A stretch of 64,000 nucleotides of DNA. Origin: an uncultured virus (IMG/VR IMGVR_UViG_3300001460_000017) (Duplodnaviria > Heunggongvirae > Uroviricota > Caudoviricetes). Under the pieces are notes generated by a model, which saw nothing but the letters and a program-made list of their open reading frames with translations, did no database searches and was not told the origin of the DNA. Below, piece after piece: positions 57,032 to 64,000 of this stretch (its first letter is position 1; each line of letters starts with the position of its first letter). The DNA lies in the IMG/VR virus record IMGVR_UViG_3300001460_000017, one strand, 5' to 3'. A program made the translations under genes and the position numbers.

Positions 57032-59239
57032 CTACGGAGTTAATGTTAGTGTTATTTCTCTATCAAATGTCCAAGCACCGCCATTAACACCAAATTGTAA
57101 TAGTTTTCTTGTAGGAGCAAAAGTGATTGATCCTGTTACATTTGATGCATTAGATAACTCTTCTATCACCTGTTTATTCGCCGCACCCACCGTTGGAGTT
57201 CTTTCCACTGTACCAACTGTACAAGTGGCTCCGCCCCAGCCTGCCGCTGAAGTGTCTAAATTGATTGTGAAACTCACAAAGTTTGGAGATTCTGCTGGGA
57301 ATTCTGCCGCCTGTATTGTGTAGTTGCCATCTATGTTTGCTGTAACACCATTTACCACAGTTGTTCCTGTGATCACAACTTGTTGTGCACCTTCATAAAA
57401 ATGCGAAGCAGTTGTTGTAATTTTTGTTGTTGTTCCTAAATTAGGATCTTGTGCACCAAACGTAACACTTTGTATTGTTCTTTGTTGTACAGTGATTGTT
57501 TGGTCAACCTGTGTAAAGTTTTTCAATCCTGAAAAATCAATTGTTGGTATTGTGAAACCACCGCCAACACCGTAATCAACTGTAAGTACTCTTGCCAAAG
57601 CACCGTCGCTTCTTGCTGGAATCACACTGTTAACAAACACACCTAATGGTGGTTCTGCAGAACCACTTCCGTATCCTGCAACAGGATAAAGTGATTGTAA
57701 AACTTCTCTTGTGTTAAGATAATTATTTCCCACAGTGTTTTGTGTAAAACCTGAAACATCTAATTGTAAACTTATAATTGTAGATCCGTCTGTGTATTCT
57801 TTTGTAGCAACATCTGAAGCATTAATTGGTGTTCCAACGCCTGTAATTCTTTTGCTACTTAAAACTTCTATAGCCGCTGTGTCTGAACTTAATTTTAATG
57901 ACTGTGCATTTTGACTAGTGATTGTGGATCCGTTAATATTAACATCATCTACATTTAAATTTACCAAAGTTCCTACTGATGTTAATGATGATCCTAAAAC
58001 CGAACCGCCTAAAGCAGTTTCTGTTAACACAGTGTTTGTATTAATTTTGATACCTCTACCAACAGCAAAATCTAAATATTCAGAACTTGTCCAAGCATCT
58101 GTACCGTCTGCCCAGGCAAATGTTTTATCACCGTCTGTAGATTTTAAAGTTATTCCGCCACCATCTGCTCCAGCATCGTTAGTTGTTGCACCTGAACTGG
58201 AAAGATTTAATTCTATGTTTTTATCTTCAACTCTTAAAGTAACTGTGTCAACTGCTGTTTGTGTTCCGCCTATAGTTAAATTTCCATCTATGATTGCATT
58301 TCCACCTACGTGTAAAGTTGCTGTTGGAGTTGCTTTGTAAATTCCAACTGCTGACGCAGAAGTGTCTATTTTGAAAGCAGAAATTTCAGCAGGTGTTCTT
58401 ACTTTGATTTCTACATCTTGATTTGATAGTTGATTTGCTATTGTGAATGCATTGTTAGTAAATTCTAATTTTGTATTTTGGTTTAACCCAAGAGTCAATC
58501 CTGCATTGTTTTGAATTGTAAGAGCACCTGTTGTTGTATCATCACTGTCTGATACCAAGTACTGATCTGCTGTACGAACAAAACCATTACCGTCTACTAA
58601 TGATTCAGCAATTGTGGCTGTGCCTTTGTATTTGTAATCTGTTCCTACTGTGTTAAAACCTTTTACTATTGTTCCTGTTGGATTAGCCGTTGTAACTAAA
58701 TCAGTAATTACTTGTGCCGCAACTGGTGTAAAAGTTGCATTTGAATGAACTCCAACAATGTTACCACCTACAAACATTTTAACCACTGTTTGTGTAATGT
58801 TTTGTGTGTCAAGCACACTTGCTACTTGGTGACCTGATGTTCCTTGTGCTGTAGAATAATCAGGACCTACTAATTGTAATCTTGTACCATCATAAAAATA
58901 CAGTTGGCTTGTTACACTATTGATCCAAAGATCACCTGCAACCATGTTAGGTTGTTGCTCTGCAACTGTTGTTCCGCCTGATGATGTAAATGCTGTTCCG
59001 TTATAAACTTTTAATCTATTCTCTGCTGTGTCAAACCAAAGTTGTCCTCTTAATGGATTGATCGGAGCAGATGCGTTAGCAAAGTTTTCTAATATTTGTA
59101 TAAAGTTTTCATTTAATACTTCACCAAAACCTGAATAGTTTCTTCCTATCAGTGTAAGATCACTGGAAGTGGTATCTAATTGACCGTCAACTAAATCTAC
59201 AAGTAAACTGCCGTCAGTTTTATTCAACCTATAACTCAT
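57032..59239 (-). CDS. tail fibre / baseplate-associated protein
   Basis: Same N-domain (GRNYSGFGE..ENFA..GQLWFD); Thr/Gly-rich repeats. Confidence 0.7.
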   Translation of the reverse strand: MSYRLNKTDGSLLVDLVDGQLDTTSSDLTLIGRNYSGFGEVLNENFIQILENFANASAPINPLRGQLWFDTAENRLKVYNGTAFTSSGGTTVAEQQPNMVAGDLWINSVTSQLYFYDGTRLQLVGPDYSTAQGTSGHQVASVLDTQNITQTVVKMFVGGNIVGVHSNATFTPVAAQVITDLVTTANPTGTIVKGFNTVGTDYKYKGTATIAESLVDGNGFVRTADQYLVSDSDDTTTGALTIQNNAGLTLGLNQNTKLEFTNNAFTIANQLSNQDVEIKVRTPAEISAFKIDTSASAVGIYKATPTATLHVGGNAIIDGNLTIGGTQTAVDTVTLRVEDKNIELNLSSSGATTNDAGADGGGITLKSTDGDKTFAWADGTDAWTSSEYLDFAVGRGIKINTNTVLTETALGGSVLGSSLTSVGTLVNLNVDDVNINGSTITSQNAQSLKLSSDTAAIEVLSSKRITGVGTPINASDVATKEYTDGSTIISLQLDVSGFTQNTVGNNYLNTREVLQSLYPVAGYGSGSAEPPLGVFVNSVIPARSDGALARVLTVDYGVGGGFTIPTIDFSGLKNFTQVDQTITVQQRTIQSVTFGAQDPNLGTTTKITTTASHFYEGAQQVVITGTTVVNGVTANIDGNYTIQAAEFPAESPNFVSFTINLDTSAAGWGGATCTVGTVERTPTVGAANKQVIEELSNASNVTGSITFAPTRKLLQFGVNGGAWTFDREITLTLTP

Positions 59240-61269
59240 TATGCTCCTCCAGTATATATGATGTAGTTTAATGTTAAGTATGGATTCATCACATCCATTG
59301 CTTGTCCTATTGTTCCGTCTATGCCACCTGAGTTAGGTAATTGTTGAGCACCATTGGTATTTGATAAATCTGGTCCGCTTGTTGTTGTTACTTCTGGATC
59401 TGTAGAAGCACCTGCAATGTTTCTACCTGCAAAGAATTGATCTCCATTGTCTGCTCTTAAATCGTGTTCGTGATCTGGAAGATTTTCTTTCGCAATAGTT
59501 TTTGTTTCGTTACCAGCACCTAAACCTAATCCATCTGCTACAGGTGATGTCACTCTGTCTGCAGAACCTTGTCCTAATCCAGGATTGCTCATGTTGTCTT
59601 TACCTAATGGAAATCTACCACGCATATCTGGTAATTTAAATACTGAAGAACTACTTGGAGTTCCATACTGAGTTCCTATTGCTTGAAACAATTGATTATA
59701 AACTGATCTTTGTAATTCAGCACCATCACAAAACAACCAGTCTGTAGGAGCAGTTGCTCCAGCAAAAGGCATCATTGATGCTACTGGTGGTGTTGGTATT
59801 GCGTTAATGATTGCTCCAACAGTTGTTTTAAAAATTCCTGTTGTTCCTGATGTTCTGTTAATGATAACTTCATCTCCAACATCGCTAGTAGTTGTTAATG
59901 TTTGATTACCTATAAATGAATTGTTTATGCTTGTTGTAAAAGTTTTTGTTGTTCCACCAGTTTGTCCGTCAAACGAAACATCTACTGCTGTAACATCTCC
60001 TGCCAATCTAAATGTTGTTGCTTGAGCAAGTTTATCTGCAGAAGTGGCACTTGTAGCATTTCCTGTGATACTACTTGTTACAACACTGCCTGCTTGTATT
60101 TGGTTGGCGTATACTGTATTGTATCTGTTTGTAGTTGATCCAAGATTATAAGTTAAATTTTGTGAAGGTAAAACAGTTTGTGCTGTTATGTTGCCAGCAA
60201 ACGTTCCTGCTCCACCTATGTGTGCATCAAGAGCCACACCTAAACCACCTTTAGAAACAATTGCTCCTGAACCTATATTGATTGATGGTGATGTGCTGTT
60301 TGATACTATTGTGCCTGAGGATAAAATATTTCCTGTAACATCTAATGCTTCATTTGGATTTGTTTTATTAATACCAACTTGTTGTTGTGAACTTATTCTC
60401 ATCACTGTTGATACTGAACCACCACTGTTTAATCTAAAATCTATTTCTTCATCTTGTGTTCCTAGTTGAATTATACCTGCTTGGTTTTCAACAAACATTT
60501 TAAATGTTCCAGCGGCACCAACTTCTATACCTTCGTCAGTTTTAATTTTAATAGGAAAGTCAGTTAATGATGTTGTGTCTGATCTTAAAAAATTTCCTGC
60601 GGCAACTGTTGTGTTACCAACTACTAATGATTCTGCTTTTTCCGATGTTCCATATAGTTTGTTTACATCAGAACCAAAATTTGTTGAACTTAAATTTACT
60701 CCTGGATTTAATGCTGAAAAGCCTGGGATAGTAATTTTAGGAGTGAATGAACTTTTAGAAATTATAGCAACTGTTTGTGCTTCGACTTCAAGTTTTACAA
60801 TGTTGTATGTTAAATCATCTGTACCTATTACTGATACAGGAGTTGCTCCAGTAGTTAAACCTTGACTGTATTGTGGACCAATTAAAACCCAACCTGAACC
60901 TGTGAACAAATATAATTGTTGAGCATTTGTGTCTACCCATAAATCTCCTGAAATACTTTCAGATGCACTTGGTTGATTGATTGCTTTTTTCAATCCACCT
61001 GACGCTACCCAATTTGCTCCATCATATACTTTAAGTTGATCTACACCTGCTGTGGTATCAAACCAAAGTTGTCCTTCAATAGGTCTTAATGGTGCTGTAC
61101 TGTTAGCAAAATTTTCTAATAAATGTAAAAAGTTTTCCGATATAACTGTTCCGTATGAAGTGGTATTCTTTCCTGGAAAATTAACACTGGTCTGATTGTT
61201 TACCGTGTTGTCTTCTATCGTGATAGTGCCTTTGTTTACAGCATCTGTGAAACTTATAGTGTATGCCAT
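59239..61269 (-). CDS. tail fibre protein with tail-collar domain
   Basis: Same N-domain; PVASMMPFAG..APTDWLFCDG...FKLPDMRGRFPLG; HEH; NPYLTLNYII. Confidence 0.85.
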   Translation of the reverse strand: MAYTISFTDAVNKGTITIEDNTVNNQTSVNFPGKNTTSYGTVISENFLHLLENFANSTAPLRPIEGQLWFDTTAGVDQLKVYDGANWVASGGLKKAINQPSASESISGDLWVDTNAQQLYLFTGSGWVLIGPQYSQGLTTGATPVSVIGTDDLTYNIVKLEVEAQTVAIISKSSFTPKITIPGFSALNPGVNLSSTNFGSDVNKLYGTSEKAESLVVGNTTVAAGNFLRSDTTSLTDFPIKIKTDEGIEVGAAGTFKMFVENQAGIIQLGTQDEEIDFRLNSGGSVSTVMRISSQQQVGINKTNPNEALDVTGNILSSGTIVSNSTSPSINIGSGAIVSKGGLGVALDAHIGGAGTFAGNITAQTVLPSQNLTYNLGSTTNRYNTVYANQIQAGSVVTSSITGNATSATSADKLAQATTFRLAGDVTAVDVSFDGQTGGTTKTFTTSINNSFIGNQTLTTTSDVGDEVIINRTSGTTGIFKTTVGAIINAIPTPPVASMMPFAGATAPTDWLFCDGAELQRSVYNQLFQAIGTQYGTPSSSSVFKLPDMRGRFPLGKDNMSNPGLGQGSADRVTSPVADGLGLGAGNETKTIAKENLPDHEHDLRADNGDQFFAGRNIAGASTDPEVTTTSGPDLSNTNGAQQLPNSGGIDGTIGQAMDVMNPYLTLNYIIYTGGA

Positions 61270-61272
61270 TTA

Positions 61273-61884
61273 TTACCCTTCGTTAAAACCTGTCAAACTC
61301 TGAACTCTAACTGTATAGTCAATCTGTATTAATCTGTTTAAACTTTTTTGTACTGGGTGAAAAATTACGTGTGTTAGTAATTTACCTGTACCACTTGGTG
61401 AATAACTCACCAATCCTAATTCATCAAACACATACAAACTCTCTGATGCACTTGCAGTGTCAACAGCATCTTGTCCGTTTGGTTCTCCATAGTCTAATAA
61501 ACAAGTTACAATAACATCTGTATAATTTGTTCCATTAATGTGTCTTGTTTCTATTTTGTTTCTTTGTGGATCTAGGTTTGAAACTGATCTGTCGTCAACA
61601 ATTTTTGTGTATGTTTGGTTGTACAGTGTAGCATTTGTACCTGTACTGTTTGGAGTAAGATATGTGATGATACCTGTTGGGTCAACACTTGTTCCGCCGT
61701 TTCCAAACGACATTGAATTTATGAATCCTTGCCCCTGATTAGCAATACTTTCTGCCAAAGCAACACTCATATTCTCATAATGAATTGCATTGCGTTTATC
61801 AACAAAAACCTTGTCTGATTCAGGATCGTGTATCTTAATATGTCCTTGTATTAATACACCACTGTTGTCTTTAATTTTGCTCAT
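61273..61884 (-). CDS. virion structural protein (baseplate/tail)
   Basis: 203 aa; GGAG SD; ATAAATA at 61906-61912 (-). Confidence 0.65.
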   Translation of the reverse strand: MSKIKDNSGVLIQGHIKIHDPESDKVFVDKRNAIHYENMSVALAESIANQGQGFINSMSFGNGGTSVDPTGIITYLTPNSTGTNATLYNQTYTKIVDDRSVSNLDPQRNKIETRHINGTNYTDVIVTCLLDYGEPNGQDAVDTASASESLYVFDELGLVSYSPSGTGKLLTHVIFHPVQKSLNRLIQIDYTVRVQSLTGFNEG

Positions 61885-61908
61885 TTTTGCTCCGTTCTAC
61901 CATTGTAT

Positions 61909-64000
61909 TTATTGCGGCACAGCCACTTCCTTTTGACGTATGAATCTTGCGATGTCATTTTCTGTCTGACTCAGTGGATCTGTTCCTGTTTGCCATATTT
62001 TACCTTGTTTTCTAACCAGCAAAATTTGGGCATTTTCGGCTGGTGTGTTAGTAAATGTTATCACAGCAGTTGAACCTGTAACACTGAATTCAGCAGGAAC
62101 AGTGCTATCTGCTTCAGGACTGTCTTGTCCTAGTGCAGGATTATACACACTTATACTATTTTTTCTTAATCTCTTGCCACCTACAAACAATTCAAATTCA
62201 TTTGCTGATTTAGGTGTAAAGCCAATGTTTAATGTATTGTTTACCACATTTGCACCTGTATATGTTTCAGATATGAAAGAATCTTTGTATGGTACATTTT
62301 GGAAAGCACTCTGATCGTACACATCAGTATTGGAATGATGTACTTCTGCTATACCAGTACCAAATGTTCCACGTCTTAATTGTTCCAGAGAGTTACCATC
62401 TTTTTTGTAGTATTCAATTCTTTCGCCATCTATAAAGACAATACCTGGAAGTTGCGAAGCAACACTAGGTTCTGTGATTCCAGTAGCATCTGTCAGCACA
62501 ATCTTTTGGTCATTCCATAGTAAATTTTGTGCCAATGTGTACTGCTTGTCATCACCAATACGTTTGAAGTGAGTTCTGTTCATTATATCTTTAAATTGTC
62601 TGTAAGCAAACTTACCTACAAAAGATGGTGCAGTGAAATGAATCACATCTATTTCATCGTTCTGAGATAGTGTTCTGCTAATTTTCAAATACATCTGATT
62701 GTTGGACACTGAATAGTCTATGCTAGGTGCTAACCATTCTCCGTTCAAACATACCCAAACATATTGAGCATCAACAGCCGGTCTGTTTAATTTTACAACA
62801 CCATTTGTCAATTGATTGTATTGATAATAGTCGTCTGTGTTAGCAGTGATTGATAATTTTGCTACAACATCATATTGTGCTCTATCTATATCTTGTACAT
62901 CATGTTTACTGAATTGATAAGAAGTAATTGTGCTTGATTGTGCTGGAGCAGTTGTAAATGTAATTGCTCCTGTGTCACTCACACTGTATTCTCCATTTTC
63001 AATATAGACATCTACTGTGTCGCCTGCTAAACCTATACCACCAGTCAATGTTATACTTGAATTTCCTGGGTTCCATCTGTATTCTGCAGATGTAAGTTCA
63101 ACTTTATTTAGGTATGCTCTTACTTCTGATGCATTAATTGTGCCTGGCAATACTTGCCAATTTTTAAATTCGTATTCTCTTAATGTGCTTACTGTAAATT
63201 GTTTATGGAATCCACTTCGTAACACATCATTATCAACTTTTACAATCACATTGTTTGTGAAAGGTGTTTGTGTGAAAGGTGTTTGATTCATTTGATATGT
63301 TGCTGTGCTTCCGTCACCTGTGAAAGTGTCTTGAGTAACTTCGCTGAAAGATTGTGACGCACTTTCATACACCACTATGTTGATATAACTGTCTGATGCA
63401 GGAGCAGAATTAAATCTAATTGCTACTCTATTAGGAACAGCATAAGAAGAATCTGTTTCAATTACAGAATATGTGGCATCTTGTCCATTTACTTTTACAA
63501 AAGTTTGTATATTGCCTGCTTTGAATTTTGCTCTAGTTACATATTCAACTGTACTTCCATCACCTGTAAATGTATCAACGTCAAGTATAGCCTCTCCATT
63601 GTTACCCATGGTAATAAAGTTAATTTTACTGCCCACTGCTGGTGCTACATTGAAATTAATGTATTTGTCTTGGTAATCAACTGTAAATCGATTTGTATCG
63701 AACAAAATATTATTAACACTTAAAAATATTGCTGTATTGCTTTGTGGTGCATCTACAAAATTGAATTGTGTTGTTACACCATCACCAATATAGTTGTAAC
63801 TATTAATTTTACTACCTGAATTTTTACCTCTGTCATACACCTGAATATCTAAAGTATCTAATATTTGTCCTGGAACAAATTCTTCTGGACCTTTAGCAGA
63901 AGTTTCTGTTACAAATCCGTCACCATCAACATTTATATCTTCTGCATTTATACCTTGGGCAGTTGAATATGCCAAGTCTCCACCTTTGATCAACGTATCA
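61909..64000 (-). CDS. large baseplate/virion structural protein, 5'-truncated by window end
   Basis: Frame open to window edge; repeated (F/Y)xGDGxT beta-rich modules; LRRGTFGT. Confidence 0.75.
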   Translation of the reverse strand, partial: DTLIKGGDLAYSTAQGINAEDINVDGDGFVTETSAKGPEEFVPGQILDTLDIQVYDRGKNSGSKINSYNYIGDGVTTQFNFVDAPQSNTAIFLSVNNILFDTNRFTVDYQDKYINFNVAPAVGSKINFITMGNNGEAILDVDTFTGDGSTVEYVTRAKFKAGNIQTFVKVNGQDATYSVIETDSSYAVPNRVAIRFNSAPASDSYINIVVYESASQSFSEVTQDTFTGDGSTATYQMNQTPFTQTPFTNNVIVKVDNDVLRSGFHKQFTVSTLREYEFKNWQVLPGTINASEVRAYLNKVELTSAEYRWNPGNSSITLTGGIGLAGDTVDVYIENGEYSVSDTGAITFTTAPAQSSTITSYQFSKHDVQDIDRAQYDVVAKLSITANTDDYYQYNQLTNGVVKLNRPAVDAQYVWVCLNGEWLAPSIDYSVSNNQMYLKISRTLSQNDEIDVIHFTAPSFVGKFAYRQFKDIMNRTHFKRIGDDKQYTLAQNLLWNDQKIVLTDATGITEPSVASQLPGIVFIDGERIEYYKKDGNSLEQLRRGTFGTGIAEVHHSNTDVYDQSAFQNVPYKDSFISETYTGANVVNNTLNIGFTPKSANEFELFVGGKRLRKNSISVYNPALGQDSPEADSTVPAEFSVTGSTAVITFTNTPAENAQILLVRKQGKIWQTGTDPLSQTENDIARFIRQKEVAVPQ

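Noticed and set aside
3522..63723. Numerous 60-170 aa antisense or out-of-frame ORFs in the track (e.g. 8779-9135, 22497-22961, 30008-30514, 57918-58340)
   Set aside because: Nested in or largely overlapping well-supported genes, no motifs; consistent with shadow ORFs
1..64000. CRISPR arrays, tRNA/rRNA genes, introns/inteins, stop-codon reassignment
   Set aside because: Intergenic gaps are short and lack such repeats or cloverleafs by eye; polymerase and other core genes are uninterrupted under the standard code
1..64000. Bacterial chromosome origin (because of guaC, clpP, folE, rubrerythrin)
   Set aside because: T4-like polymerase, clamp, RNase H, late motifs and tail/baseplate genes indicate a phage; the host could not be assigned from sequence alone

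Overview
AT-rich, densely coded segment of a large tailed dsDNA phage with T4-like features: a B-family DNA polymerase with a clamp-binding tail, a sliding clamp, an RNase H/5'-3' exonuclease, tail-collar and fibre proteins, and (A/G/T)TAAATA late-promoter-like motifs. Left to right: (1) 1-3.4 kb, small late genes resembling capsid-packaged internal proteins; (2) 4.1-11.4 kb, peroxiredoxin, rubrerythrin, GMP reductase, DNA polymerase (preceded by twin hairpins with near-identical loops), exonuclease and clamp; (3) 11.4-22.9 kb, a 7-deazaguanine locus (TGT/DpdA-like, QueD-like, FolE, QueE) interleaved with two sugar-type dehydrogenases, a GT-B glycosyltransferase, a purine PRTase, HIT, a HhH glycosylase, ClpP and SGNH proteins; (4) 23-30 kb, RNase H, MoxR/VWA pair and hypothetical genes; (5) 31.3-54.3 kb, an approximately 23 kb enzyme island with 7 radical SAM proteins, 7 2OG-Fe(II) oxygenases, 4 glycosyltransferases, 2 degenerate kinase-like proteins, 2 SDRs, a QueC-like PP-loop enzyme and a methyltransferase, lying between tail-fibre genes and partly behind late-type promoters; (6) 54.6-64 kb, minus-strand fibre and baseplate genes. 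The leading candidates for undescribed systems are the late-expressed virion-decoration island and a possibly glycosylated 7-deazaguanine DNA modification. All calls come from motif reading only; no database searches were run. No tRNA, rRNA or CRISPR array was seen.
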